DNA from: Phoronis australis
Taxonomy: Eukaryota; Animalia; Phoronida
Length of the DNA: 64,000 bases
Direction: 5' to 3'
Assembly (NCBI GenBank): GCA_002633005.1
Contig: NMRA01000079.1
Location: 58,330-122,329, forward strand
The position numbers and the translations under genes are program-made. Numbering within the stretch: the stretch's first letter is position 1; every line of letters starts with the position of its first letter. A model generated the notes under the pieces. The model searched no databases. It was given only the letters and a program-made list of their open reading frames with translations, and was not told the origin of the DNA. Below are positions 1 to 13,044 of the stretch, in pieces.

Positions 1-421
1 TCAAAAGTGTGGCATTCAGCTTCCCAACTGTCTGTCTTACGATATTGTTATTCTTGGACTTTACAAGACGCATGATTTTCTATTTAACATTTTGCTTCTA
101 CTAGCTAAACAGTACATTTACAAGGAGAGATGTCACAAAAATATACCAAATTTTCACAAGTTCGTTACAAAAACTTATGAATACTATAATGCTGAAAAAT
201 TAAATGCACAAAAAAACTTTGTATATGACACCTTCTCTGCGAAATGGGAAAATTTTATTGTTCATGTTAACTTCATGTAGAAGATATTTACTTTAAACGA
301 GATATGAGAATGGTCTTCCTGAGGTGTGCATGTGTGAATGAATGGTGTACTTATTTGTTTGTTTGTTTTTGTAATTGTTTGTAAATGATAATAATAAATA
401 CATAAAAAAAAAAAAAAAAAA
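1..421 (+). mobile_element. 3' end of L1/Tx1-type LINE (ORF2 C-terminus, 3' UTR, poly(A) tail)
   Basis: Reads ...DIVILGLYKTHDFLFNILLLLAKQYIYKERC...KW, like L1/Tx1 ORF2 C-termini; stop at 280, AATAAA at ~392, poly(A) ~404-421. Confidence 0.75.
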
Positions 422-1864
422 CAGATCATCATGCTATAAAAAATAGAAAGACAACGATTGTGAAGAGTGACGAATCCACAGTTTTCAGAGATGTTTTTCT
501 ACAGTTGTGTTTTGAGTTCATTGAATCAAAGCTTCTAACACAAGGAGATGTCGTTTGCCTTTCAAAACTAAAGCAAGACTTAGAAGCTGTTCTTCAGAAA
601 GCTGGTGTGCATGAAGTTATTTGGACAGGCAATCTTAAGAAATATTGTTGAAGCTACTCACTGTTGTAGTTTGTGCCCGACTAAGAGATACGAAAGTGAT
701 TTGAGGCTAGTGTTCAATAATTCACTTGCTGACTCTAATTAATACAGCCCACTATAACATATTTTGAATCAAACGTTTGCCCAAATCCTGCCCGCCTCCA
801 AACAAGGACTTAGTGTTTGACCCTTCATTGCCTGCGGGCCAATCACCAATGTGCAGTGCTGTACCCTCTCTAATCGACTATAGTTGGCTCCTTGGCGGTG
901 GAGCTTTGCAGTTAAAATGTATGGCAATGATCGCATCTCCATTGACAGTATTAAATGATGAACGCTGCAAGTGCAAAAAGAACATGTGTGCTGGGAAACT
1001 GAGTTTGTGCTGCAATGCTGGGTCAAACTGTACAGAAATATGCAGCTGTGACAACTGTAGTAACATCAGCAACACTGACTGCATAACATTGGATAGTTCT
1101 TTGACAAGTCAACACTAAATAGACCTCCAACCCCGTTATTTCGTTTTTTTGTATTAAAAAGTTAATTTTATTTGTTGATTAAGTCATAGAAAGTACATAC
1201 TTTGATCATTGTCATGTATTTGCCTCATACTGCTTGATAAACGCTGTCAGAATAATCTATTAATCTATTATTTTCATACAGTCTGTGTGCACATTCACAG
1301 AGATCATTTAACTATATTGTTTTTGTACTATAACGTATTTCTGGTGTATTATGCAAACAAGCTGTATTTTACACCATTAGTCAATGTTTTAGTCATTGAG
1401 GCACAAATTTTGCCCAGTCTCAAGTGTTTTGTGTTATTTTTGTTGCCAGACAATGCCAGAATAACTTCCTAGTAACATTCAGACTTAGTTTGCATTTTTG
1501 TCACTAGGTGTCTCTTTACGTTTTTTAAATTTCACTGTTTATAATTAATCTTCAATAGTAAAACATGTAATGTGAGTGTAATATTGTTCAATACAATGGC
1601 ACTGATGGGACCATATTACTTGTTTTACAAAAAAGTCACCAAAACTGTTGTTTTTACAAATATAAGTTTAATAAGCTCTTTGGTGATTATTAGTTAACTT
1701 CAAACTCAAATTTCTCAAAAATGTGTAACTTTATATGTGGGAACTTTTTAGATTTTGAAAACACTCTGATAAATGAATTAAAAAACAGCAAAATAAAATT
1801 GCCCCCCTAAAGTACTCACAAAAACCATTTTCTAGAGGCCCTACAAATTCTGGCCCACCGGCTA
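422..1864 (+). mobile_element. Internally deleted Academ (XPG/Cys8-type) DNA transposon relic, right end at 1864
   Basis: Frameshifted remnants: VFRDVFLQLCFEFIE...GDVVCLSKLKQ (460-651), LHCLRANHQCAV (~824-860), PSLIDYSW and a Cys8 finger CKCKKNMC..CC.AG.NCTEICSC.NC.N (~965-1065). Ends in ...GGCCCACCGGCTA, fitting Academ TAG...CTA termini. Confidence 0.65.
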
Positions 1865-1865
1865 A

Positions 1866-3400
1866 TAGACCCTATTCACGCCGACAGGAGGCGCGTTCCA
1901 AAACGAGGCTCGCTACGATAGCTCTGCTAGCTTATCGGAATAGGAGTCTGTGTTTCAGTCCGTGTTGTTCCGCGAACGGCTAGAAAAAATACGGACACGC
2001 AACTGTCTGCTTTATCTCTAAAGACTTTGAGATTCGGAAGCGCTGGGTCGTTGCCATACGCCGCGACGAAGCAAAATATGTCCGTGTAAAATAAATGTTT
2101 TCGAAAAGTTAGATCATATTTTGTCGCATCCCGGTCAGTTGTCAAGCATCATAGTAACGACCGGAGAATGGGCCAGCCAGGCTGTATTTTCATGACTACG
2201 GATTTAGGATGNCCCCCCCTAACTCAAAATCCGCCCTACTACGGGTTGAAACATTATAATTTTTCATTCCAAAAAGAACAGGGCCCTCAATCCCTCAAAT
2301 TTGGGGCCCAATATCGGCCCTATTTCCCTCTAAAAAATATTAAAATATCACGCGAAATTCCCCCCACGAGGCATAAAAATTCCCCAAGTGAAAAATCTCT
2401 CTGAGTTCACATCACCTGTAACCACACAGGTGACAATTTTTAAGAGCACAAAAGGCTACTTTAAATTGAGACAAAGCCTATGAGAGCAACAGGGCGAGGG
2501 TGCTATTGATGGTGATCGGGAGGTAGATTGTTCCCGCCCTCACTCGGCGAAAAAATCGCCTCTCAGTAGGCACTGGCACCTTCCCCTCGGATGAAGGAGG
2601 TTCCTGCAGAAACATGATAACTATGATTGCATTGTCCAGTTAACTGAAATTGAGTTCTAAAACGAGGTTATGTTTTGGACGAACGAATGAGGTGTTTTAA
2701 TTTTAAAATTCAACTTGGTCCAGATTGATATTTGAAATCTAACACATGAAATAGACGTAAGAATTATTACAACCAAGAAAGCAGAATTGATAGTCAAATA
2801 ATTTTATTTTCAATTACGAGCCTGGTTTATTATTTTAATAAAAATATATTTAATAACATCAATTATTCTTTCAGATCAATGACAAATCAACTGTTAGTCC
2901 CAGTGAGTGCATAGGATCAGGCTATGCTTGGTGTTAATATTCTTGATCAACAAATTAAACCAGATGTGACTAATTGCACATGACAGCCACCACTGGCAAA
3001 TATTTCTTCAACTCGTCAACAATACGAGCAGATGACCTGGTCCACGTAGAAAGTATTTTGATCAACAATTTACAAGAAAACACGTAACCCTGCATTCAGC
3101 ATAATACCTAATCCGTAACACTACGATCGCCGCAATTTGGTCATATTTACTTTTCATGTTTCGAACCTAGTTTTTCGAAAAAATAAACCCTTTCGTCAGA
3201 CAACTCTTTGGCGCCTTAACTAGTTCTGTAATGTAATTTTATACGTCTTTGTGGTTTAATTGTTGTCACATTATTAAAATTCAATATCCAGGTTGGACTC
3301 GAAAGACCGGCTATTTAACTCACTCAATGTCTACTTTAGCTTTGTTTATCGCAGTGAGCCTCGCTTTGGATTTTAATGTCCGCCGCGTGAATAGAGTCTA
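1866..3400. mobile_element. Non-autonomous TIR element with TAG...CTA termini (Academ-like)
   Basis: Left TAGACCCTATTCACGC...TCCAAAACGAGGCTCGCTACGATA; right end reverse-complemented TAGACTCTATTCACGC...TCCAAAGCGAGGCTCACTGCGATA (~55-bp imperfect TIR). Flanks TAA/TGA. Confidence 0.75.
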
Positions 3401-3607
3401 TGAACTTGTTTTCTGACAACCTAACTATATCAAAAACAAAGAGTCAAGTTTGAGTAACATCTAACAGAGATCAATCAATTAATATGAGATTTGTGGTGAA
3501 GCTGCAGGTATCAGTTACCACCACCGTCAACGGTACGCCGAATTCCCCCACACGTTTGATAGAATCTTACACGTTACTCAAGCCTGCTGCATTTACCAAA
3601 CGGCCAC

Positions 3608-3955
3608 GAGAGTGAGGGGCGGAGGGGGGAGGGAGGGNNNNNNNNNNNNNNNNNNNNNNNNNNNNNNNNNNNNNNNNNNNNNNNNNNNNNNNNNNNNNNN
3701 NNNNNNNNNNNNNNNNNNNNNNNNNNNNNNNNNNNNNNNNNNNNNNNNNNNNNNNNNNNNNNNNNNNNNNNNNNNNNNNNNNNNNNNNNNNNNNNNNNNN
3801 NNNNNNNNNNNNNNNNNNNNNNNNNNNNNNNNNNNNNNNNNNNNNNNNNNNNNNNNNNNNNNNNNNNNNNNNNNNNNNNNNNNNNNAGAGAGAGGGAGGG
3901 AGAGGGAGAGGGAGAGGGAGAGGGGGAGGGGGAGGGAGAGGGAGAGGGAGAGAGA
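3608..3955. repeat. GA-rich microsatellite spanning N-gap 3638-3886
   Basis: (GAGAGG)n-like runs on both sides of the gap. Confidence 0.9.
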
Positions 3956-4735
3956 CAAGTCAACACCTTGAATTTTGTATTATATTTCATCACGAGGTGA
4001 AGCACTGTTTGTTGTTAAAATACAAGCAACTCACTACCTCTGCTCGTTTTACCGATTGACCACCAGATGAAGCAGCTATCGGTTGTTAGCTGGCTGTTGC
4101 TCTAATCAGTTATCACTTCACCACCAGGTGCCTGTCCCAGAGCTTGTTCCTGTAATCGTTGTACCAGCAGAGAGACATTCAGCCTGTTAGAGTTAGTTAA
4201 TTGGTTGCAATCTTAGAACCAATAGCTGCCCCGCCTTGTGGTGGTAACAAGTTCACAGGGACAAGCTTCCAGTTGGCCATCTCACACTGTGATCACATGA
4301 TAAACCCGTCAAACGGACAGCCAGTGAGATAAGATTTAGCTTGTTGTCATCCAACAACCAAAAGTTGCTCCACCAGGTGGTCAATGGCAAAACGATAACA
4401 GGGACAGAAAGTCAATTGGAGTCAGTTGTTTTTCATCCACGTTACCCAACAACTAATATCTACTCTACCTGATGGTCAAAGCCTGACTAAACGAACATAA
4501 GGACTTAAAGCAAAGTTTGTTGAAGGACACTAAACAAACAAATGCTTCCCCATCTGATGGATAAATTAAAACTAGTCGAAATCAGGAATTGACGTGTGTT
4601 TATTGTTTAAAGCAAAGCAGACAGTTCTTTAGAATTTCATCACAAGATCTCGGATCAATGATACCAGTCCTGACTGCTGGTACATGTAGCTGTTATTTCA
4701 AGTTGTTTAGGTTCACAAGAGCATCACTTTGGGAT

Positions 4736-4846
4736 TTACCACTCTGGGGGAGAAAATAACTCGCCAGTTTCCAGGCTTGTCATTACCACACTGTCTAGGG
4801 CGATGTCACCTTTATCAGTTCTTCCCTTTTTTGCAGTGAAGACAAA
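4736..4846 (-). CDS. MAM gene last coding exon
   Basis: ttatag|FVFTAKKGRTDKGDIALDSVVMTSLETGELFSPPEW*; a GC donor (g|gcgagt ~4764) could extend the protein. Confidence 0.8.
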   Translation of the reverse strand, partial: FVFTAKKGRTDKGDIALDSVVMTSLETGELFSPPEW

Positions 4847-7800
4847 CTATAACAGACAGAAGATAAACACGGAGAAGATAATCCTCACAATCTCGCAACG
4901 CATTACTTTTTCATGAAGGGCACCAAATTAGAACTGGGCTTGCTTCTCCAATGAACACTGACAAATTACCAACTTTAAATATACAAACACGATCTAATTC
5001 AAAGTTTTTGGAGATTACTGACGTTATGGCAATTTGGCAACCAGTCTACCCAAGTGAACTTTTGTAAGCAAACTCTGTCAATTAGTTCGGTCGTGTTTTG
5101 CAACTCGACTTTAAAAACGAAATTGGATTTGCAAACATAGTTTGCCGGTGTAGGCGGCGCTCAAGACCTGGTCCGCACTCGTAAGAACTACCAAAGTCAG
5201 CTTTCTGCGACACTTTGGTGAGTTTGCAAACTGTCTACATTAGCAAATTCTGCCAAACGTCTGCAAGCAAACACTTTCAAGGTGTTCGGTGTGCTTCCTT
5301 GAGCTTGACAACATTTTGCAAAACACAAGAAAAATGTTCTAGGAGTGTCTACACTAATAGTTGCTGCGACTGCACGGCACCGTCGCCACCTAGATAAAAA
5401 AACGTCACGAGTGGACCAGGGTATGCTTTAAGAACGACGATAACGTGGAACCCACGTTTCATGCGAGATTAAAATGTCTGACCAATAGAGCTGCGAGAAC
5501 TTTCCCAGAAAGGAAGAATAATGTTTCGAAATGTTGATGAAGGCGAACCATTAACTTTAAAAAAAGCAAAACAAGGTGCCGAGATCGTCTATTTCACAAG
5601 CATTTTAAGAATAACAATCCTTCGCGCTGTTCAAGCTACTTTGCAGAGTTAAATATCAATAGCAATGTGTTCTTTCTCAAGACCGGCCTACATGTAAATG
5701 CGTAACCAAGGGTACAACAAGTTTCGTGTAGTGTGTTGTAGATTATGAAGTGAAAAAAAATCTAATGTCACGTGAATGTGACAATCTGTTGGCAAACTCA
5801 AGTATGATAGAGTTTTCAAACAAAAACTGTAGCAGCGTTCACCGCACTTAAGGTCGATAGGCGTATGTACGTGTGTTTTAACGGTGGATGAGGCTGAGGC
5901 GCAGCGGATAAACCTTTATGTCCCGTTGTGAAATGGTGCAACCTGGACATGGTGTTGGTGAATGTACAGTGGTTCAAAAATGCATGCACGGACTCATTTT
6001 TCCGCATACATACCATAAGACATGAAGCACAATTTAATTCCATGGTAGGAAATACAAACTATTTAATGTAATGGTGTCCGGACGTTGCCGGACGGCACAC
6101 TTCTGCGTCTAATAACCTTTCTCTTTTGCGGCTGTCGAAATAGGACTTTCATAATTTGATGAAGAAAGTTAAAAGTTGTGTGAAAAGAAAACGGAACAAT
6201 GCTTCAGAAACCTTTAGCAGCGTTTTTAAGAAAATATTTAACCTTGAATATTTACATCAAATAAAATTGGACATGTTAGAATGGCCGTTGTTTAACTCCG
6301 AAAATACTTTCTTTTTCCCTACATTTTACTGAACAGATATGCTCACACGGCCAATGAAAGACAGTTTGCTGGTGAGTTAAAATTAACGTGTACAGGGTTT
6401 TCAATTTCCGAAAATATATATTTTCACACAATTGATTTCTTTAATTTTTTGTATAACTGGCTACATGCTCTTACATAATCTTAAACATGGCTCTAAAGGT
6501 ACCCGTTTCGCAAGTCCACGCTTTGGAGCGCGGGGCTGAGATGGTGGACCGGCCCTAGCAGCACCTCGAGAGAAGCGCCACCGACTGGACAGGGCAGTGC
6601 AACGTGGAACTTCGTAACGAACGATGGGTGTGCAGTTGGCGACTGGGCGTACCGATAATTCTTGCAGTGGGCCACAATAACCCTTGCCATGACACTGGGC
6701 CCAAGGTTTGTGATAAAAAACGAATGCCCACTTCATTCCAGATTGTTTGTGGAACTACACAAACAATTATTAATTTGCCAACACGTGCATCACAGATCTG
6801 CTTTCCAAAAGTACGCCTTAAGAAGTACTCTGAGGTTAGGCTGCTGAATAAGCCAGTCTCCAGGGTCTTAAATGTTCATTTGCATGCTCAGCAAGTGGTC
6901 TACCTTTGCTTCTTCAGTCGTCGCAATTCTGACCGTAGACGAGTGCCATGTGTTGCCTTGGTTACCAGATTTTTGGAACATCACGGTCTCTTCACTACTT
7001 TTCTTCACCAAATGCAGCGTAAGACTCCCCATCTTTTTATGGCCGAACATGTGCCATTTGAAGGAAAGTGTAAACGCACCGGCTGAAAGATATAGAACAT
7101 GTGCCACAAATGTGGAGAATTCAACCCGGCGCAGTTTTCGCGGGAACCAGTCAGGCATCAATCCTCAGTACAATGAGTCGCACCGCAGCGATGGATACAT
7201 GTATTTCAGCGAAATTGATTTATGATTCACGTATTACGTTCTTCACCGGGGCGAACAACAATGTCCATTAAGTATTATTGCATTCACGTTCTCGTAAAAT
7301 TCAATTTTACTCAACGGCACCAAATTTGTCATAATTTTTGTGTTTTTGAAAGAGGTGGAACATTGAATTTATTTTTCATTTCTCAACTTAAGAGTATTTT
7401 GTATCAGCATCAGACAAATTATGAGTACAATTTTTGATTGGACCATTTCGAGTTATTACTCTTATGCAATAAACATGTAGGAATTTCAACTTAAGGTAAT
7501 TCATTACAGTACCTGGAAAGTATTTCGTATAAATCGTAGCTTCGGAATTTTTTCTAATCTTGCTCATTTCCGCGTAGATGTATGGTGTGCACATATCCCC
7601 GCAGTCAGGGCCTGTGCCTTTGGTTGGCGTGGAACCCTGGAAATAGTTCATAATGTGTTAACCAATAACTAGCAGCACATTTTAATATCTTTTAAATCTC
7701 TAAATACAAGCAGTACTACAGTACCTGTTTGTTAAAACTCACGTTGTCCAAAATCTCAGTACATCTAAAAAAACGTCTTACGCGCGTACTTATTCAACAT

Positions 7801-10800
7801 AGTGAGTGTATAACGCTTAGACTCCATTTCAAAACACGTACAGTATACACAGCCATGCAATACGACAGGCATACTTCAACATTCAACTGGTGTCCACAAC
7901 AAGAATGCTTAAAAACCATATGCATTGTATATCACAACCCGCTACTACAGCTTAGCATAAAAGTGTCATACAAAAGATGAACACATGCCTAACCAACAGA
8001 CCGGTGATACATAAATTGAGATAAAGACGTGCATTCAGTAGAAAATTTGGTCTTGGCAGAGTCGTTAACTACGACAACGAAGTCTGTACTTAAAACAATC
8101 CGTTACTTGATTTTTGTTCAGTTATTTCATGATGTCTTGGTAGTAAACTACCTCGTTGTTGTGATTTTCTTACGTTACGTGGTGTCCAGTCGAAGTCGTC
8201 ATCGGTTGCTTGTGACCACCCGCAAAGGTCACCCTCGTCAAAGGAGCACGTTACATCATACCCATCTGGAAGCAAAAACTCTATGTACAATGTCAAGTTT
8301 TAGCATTAGCTATCAAAGTCATACAAAATTAAATATTGCAAAGAATATAAATTTGGTATAAAGTTACACTGCCTCAGTCTCCATGCACTCCCGTGATACT
8401 GGAGAAAAGGTCGAATAGAGGGCGGTGTTTCTATGAGAGAGTCGTTGCGAGTCTCGGTACACAATATTGTGGATGCCCAAAATCAGCGCAGCACGGTCTA
8501 TATACTTCTCGATCCATGTACATTTCTTTGTAACTAATTTTCTGTTAAATAAAAGATAGGCAGAGACAGGTTTATTTCCCCATTGATAGCATAACATTAT
8601 ACGACAATAATGTCATATTTAGACAACCATTGAAAATGAGTGAACAAATTGAGTTTAATATTAGAAAACCACCACAATTCGATACGGCAAACAATTTGTT
8701 AAAAATGATGCAACCAAGAAAAAATATTCCGGAAGGGGGCGTGGCGATAGTACATATCACTAAAACAGTGTGAATCCCTTTTCACATGTCTCACGTTATG
8801 TAGCAATCCATTTTAAGAGTTGTAGGCTTGTACAAGCTCTGTATAATTTTTCCGTACCCCAAAAATCCCTCTAAGCCAAACTGAGTGCAGCATACATGGG
8901 CGGCGCACCATAGGGGGCTGGGGGGTTACAGCCCCACTTTTTTCAGTACTGCGCCGCCCATAGCACATGTACAAGCAGCGGGAGTATTTTGTGCTTACGA
9001 AATGACTTACAGGATGTTTGAGCAACTAAATAGAACCTTTTTAAATGAGTGTCTTTAGTCAACTTCGTGTATGCAAACCATCATTTGAGCTTTCCAAAGG
9101 AAATTGCTGGCTTTATGAGAACTTATCAATATCAACCTCCTGTTAGATTATTACGAGTCCCAGCCAACAGTCTTGTGCAGGCGGTCCGTTCTTGTGGGTT
9201 GAAAACGCCTGCGACCATCGAAAAATGGGATCGTCTGCAATCTTTGACTCCAACAAGTACTTACGAGGTGTTGCCAATCGTTTCTGTGTGAAAAAAAGTA
9301 CAGCCAGTACAGTTTTTGTTTGTACCTGATTACACAAACAATTAACAACAAAACGATGTAAAACTAAAGTGTATAAAATGAGATTCGAGAAGATCTTGTT
9401 TGGTAGCCAGTCTGAACAAGACAATTGATTAAACTCATTTACTCACCGTCCCACACATCAAACAATGGCAGCCTTTAACTGCAAATATTAGTTTACAGAT
9501 TCTGGCGCAAAGACAACATTGGTGACCGGTAGATATTGAGTGAAATTATGACATTTCATCAACTAACAAATAAGCTATAATTTAGGTAACAAGGTGCACT
9601 CACTTTGTTTTATTTAAAAACGTCATGAAACGGAGTATAATGCAGGTTACTTTAATCCAAAAATGCTCATTTAACACGAGTCCATATATCTTCAAACTTA
9701 ACTGAATTTAATATATATTTTTTACTTTAACTTGTATTTTGATACTTCACCCATCACCTAAAATGGTAATCTAGGTGTGGGAGCACAAAAGACTGGCAAC
9801 GAAATTGAAGATGTAACGAATTGAGATGATGAGAAACAATTTCAATTGGATTGATAAACTTGTGCACCTTTTGAACGAATTCGCGGCAGTCATCGAGGTG
9901 TGATTATAACATTTTCGATCAATAATATTCCAAGGTCATTGGTTTTGTGCTTGTGCTTGTGTTCTTTGTTTTTGAGGAATAATGTCCCCATTGAGCGGTT
10001 GAACAAAGATTGCTTTTGTGTAGAAGTCAGTGTTGTTGGTTTTAGAAAGTGGTCAGCATTTTTCTTCCTCTATGTCTAAGACCAATTTGTCCAGTACACA
10101 CTGTTATTGTATAGAGTTCTGAGGGTGCTCTTTTGGGAATGGAAAGAAAATTTTTGTGTTATCAGCGTGTGAGAAGGGTTTAGAGTTTGTTGAGTCCGGA
10201 AGACCGTTAACGTAGAGTAGGAAGTAGAAGCGGTCTAGTGCGGTACCTTTGGGTACTCGGCACTGACGTAGCACGGCGAAGACGAGGCTGACAAGACGTA
10301 ATCGATCCGGACTCTGCGAGTGCGACAAGCGAAGTGTGACTGTAGAAGGTGAAAGAGTGCCTGTGAAACCATTAGCATAATGTCTTCGCAGTATAAGTGA
10401 ATATTTCGTCACATTTTGGATATGGGCTGGATTTTGTTATCTGTCAAATTCAACCACATGAATCTATTGAGTATACACTCTCAGGAGTATAAGCGTTTTG
10501 ACATTTTAAACTGTTGTTTACTTTTAAGAAAGTCCTTTTTGGTCCGGTACGCAACTTCCTGGTGTTGTTATCGGTTTTTCAAATGTGCCATCAGAAGCGC
10601 AGGTGTAACTAACGAGTCTGTCCTAGTTGAAACTGGAGAGTGTTCGCACTCACAGCTATTTTGACTCCCAATTCAGGAATGTACAAAACGCTCATAGGCT
10701 GTCCGACCCCTCGCCAATACCATCTATAGGGTTGTGCACCGGAAACCAGGACTACTGTACCGATAACAGACCCAAAAATACCGGTATGGTATCGAAACGA

Positions 10801-12436
10801 AACGGACTCGGTGGCAAAATAGTGAAAATACTGAAACTCTAAAATACTTTGTTTTTTGCGCTGTTCTCTAAAACGTTGGAAGTGGTCCACTTTTGGATGA
10901 GAAACTCCAAAAAAGGATGTTTAATTTGCATAAAACGAAAACTGTGACAGCCTTTTTGAGATTCCACGTTGCAAAGTGATACACAACGAAATTTGTCCTG
11001 TTATTGATGCATTTTGTCATAAACTTTATCAATATGAAGTGGCCTCTTAACCAGTGCTGTAGTAGTAAAATTAGAAGTAAGTAGGCGCCCAAAGCCCATC
11101 GTATCGCCATGAGCGCTGAATTTTAAAAGTGCATTGAACTCACAAAACCTGACTCACAAACATGTAGGCCTGCTTTTTGACTCACGAGTGGATATTTACA
11201 TATTATTATAGAATTTATTAAATTCTGCAGTGGTGGATATTAGATGTCGGAGAAAGAGGGTTCAACCACACATATTCGAAGGCAGAGGTCCGCGTGCATC
11301 CCAAGTGGTCTTTGAAGGGGGGCCAAGCACAATTATAAAGAAAAAAATTAGTAGTGTAACGCCCAGAAACCATATGCTGGCGGCAATTTTTAATCGCCCG
11401 CGGGGTGTATCCTCGGGACCCTACGTCACCACCTCCCCCTTTATCTACCTATGCATGCGTGCACCTAGCATAAAATGGGGGGCTCAAATTTGTGTGCCTA
11501 TGGACCTTTTACTAAACAAACGGTGTACGTTCAGAGCATGAATTATGCATTCGCCAAATTTTGGTAGTTTCTGTCTTTTTAGTTAACTTTTGTCTCGTTT
11601 TCTACTTTTCCAGACATTTTGTTTCTCTAAGGCAGACTTTTTGCCCACTTCGCCAAATGGGGGCTCGACGAGCCCCCCCCCCCCCCCCCCCCNCCCCCCC
11701 CCCCCCCCTCCGGGTGCGCCCATGCTATGGTGTGATACAGTACCTATACTTGTTTCTTTATCTTGAACTATTAATAAAAATGCCATTACTCGACGAGCAT
11801 ACATGCATGCCTGGTGGTCGCACGCGCCGAAATATTCGGCAACAATGCTGTCGTCAGCGTGGCCATTGATGCAGTAAGCTATCATATCGAGACTACGCCC
11901 CACTATACTGTCACTTTCGGTGCCTAGACGCTACGTTGACATTTAAAAAGGTAAAAGATGGTTGCTACGATAAAATGTAAAAATTTGGTTGGCTGCAACT
12001 ACGTGCGCTTACGCCCCACCATGCCTTAACTTACAGTGGGTAGGCGCTACGGTAAAAAGCAAAAAGGTGGTTGGCTTCGCGTACATGCGCACTGCTCGTA
12101 ACCCAACGCACGTCAGATGGTTAAAAAGTCAAAATCGAATTTGACAGAAGTTCTGCTTTCAGGAAATATGTACATTTCTTGAGTTAAATATTGCCGTTTT
12201 AATATTTTCTTAATGCACAGACTTGACTATCAAAACTTTAAAGCAAGTCCAATCATATTTTCTGTGACTTCTGCAAGCTTCAGTTACCTGTCATCTTTTT
12301 GTTCTCACCACTGATCCGAATTTGATCTTACCTTGTTGCCACTTCGCCCATGCGGTTCACCAGCAGAGACAATGAGCAGCACACCTGTTACAACAACAAC
12401 CAATTGGAACCAACGAGCTTGCGTGATTGCGAACAT
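4736..12436 (-). CDS. Secreted single MAM-domain protein (multi-exon gene model)
   Basis: Exons 12436-12332 (signal peptide), tentative 8398-8368 (restores phase), 8265-8174, 7636-7513, 7082-6904, 4846-4736. The last four have GT-AG sites, compatible phases and build a full MAM domain: CSFDEGDLCGW...DDFDW / TPTKGTGP..YIYAE / LSFKWHMFG..MGSL..SGNQGNTW / FVFTAKKG..KGDIALD. Confidence 0.8.
6904..7082 (-). CDS. MAM gene exon
   Basis: tttcag|..GAFTLSFKWHMFGHKKMGSL...QKSGNQGNTWHSSTVRI...AK|gtagac; phase 1 to 0. Confidence 0.88.
7513..7636 (-). CDS. MAM gene exon
   Basis: ttccag|GSTPTKGTGPDCGDMCTPYIYAEMS...YFP|gtactg; phase 0 to 1. Confidence 0.85.
8174..8265 (-). CDS. MAM gene exon (domain start)
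   Basis: ttccag|..GYDVTCSFDEGDLCGWSQATDDDFDWTPRN|gtaaga; phase 1 to 0. Confidence 0.88.
8895..8962. mobile_element. Tiny GC-rich MITE (CATGGGCGGCGCA TIR)
   Basis: TIRs catgggcggcgca / tgcgccgcccata, flanks GCATA/GCACA; relatives at 35224-35373. Confidence 0.65.
9690..10260 (-). mobile_element. Degenerate CR1-group LINE reverse transcriptase fragment
   Basis: VPKGTALDRFYFLLYVNGLP...HADNTKIF matches RT motif [21 protein letters not shown]...FADDTKIF; disrupted downstream; left boundary approximate. Confidence 0.75.
12332..12436 (-). CDS. Signal-peptide first exon, probably of the MAM gene
   Basis: MFAITQARWFQLVVVVTGVLLIVSAGEPHGRSGNK|gtaaga; hydrophobic core and a plausible cleavage site. Confidence 0.7.
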
Positions 12437-12475
12437 CGTTTCAGTTATGGTGTGCTAGACGTTTTGGGTATACGG

Positions 12476-12483
12476 TTTATATA
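12476..12483 (-). promoter_or_regulatory. Putative TATA box
   Basis: TATATAAA on the minus strand ~40 bp upstream of the ATG at 12436. Confidence 0.55.
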
Positions 12484-12790
12484 GACCTAACGGTGTACTT
12501 GACGGCAATAATTAGGCGGATCAGACAGTCGGCTAATACTGATTATACTTATAATATGGTGTCATATGATGATTGAATGATCATTTGCATCATCTAAGTC
12601 ACGTTGCCAAAAAGTACTGATGTGGCAACTAACGTCAGCAAATTGCTTACTATAATGTCTTACTCTTTACCATGGAAGTACAGTATATGTGGGTGTAATC
12701 CCCCATGTATACAATCAGGGACGAGTCTTCTATTGTGACATGTGTTGTGACACTCGGTGTTTGGGTTATAACTATGAGGAATGTTCTGTT

Positions 12791-13044
12791 CAGGGGCGGA
12801 TCCTGGATTTTGAGTTGGGGGGCCAGGGCACAGGAAGAACCAGAATTTCTCCACATGCGCGCGGCGCGTCCAGCGTAAAATGTTGGGATGCAGGGGTATA
12901 GAATATTTGCGTTTGCGGACCTTATTACTTAAAAACGGGGTTTACACTGTGCATTCGACCCCGAACCCCCTGGGTGCGCGCATACGCTACTCAGCAGTTC
13001 GCACCCTGAACTCTCAAATAGTATCCCCCCTAAATCCGCCACTG
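12791..13044. mobile_element. hAT-like MITE (CAGGGGCGGATCC...AAATCCGCCACTG)
   Basis: Same termini as 31912-32067 and 46205-46354; flanks CTGTT vs CTACT (CTATT in the duplicate copy). Confidence 0.7.

Noticed and set aside
3574-4005. SPSPSP / ERERER ORFs
   Set aside because: Translations of a GA microsatellite and an N-gap.
4955-5348. Possible CAC...GTG MITE with TTTGCAAAC subrepeats
   Set aside because: Termini match too poorly and no TSD could be established.
6461-6850. ORFs on both strands in a MAM intron
   Set aside because: No recognisable motifs, and the MAM domain is complete without them.
9447-9478. Micro-exon of the MAM gene (strong GTGAGT donor)
   Set aside because: No open frame is phase-compatible with both flanking exons.
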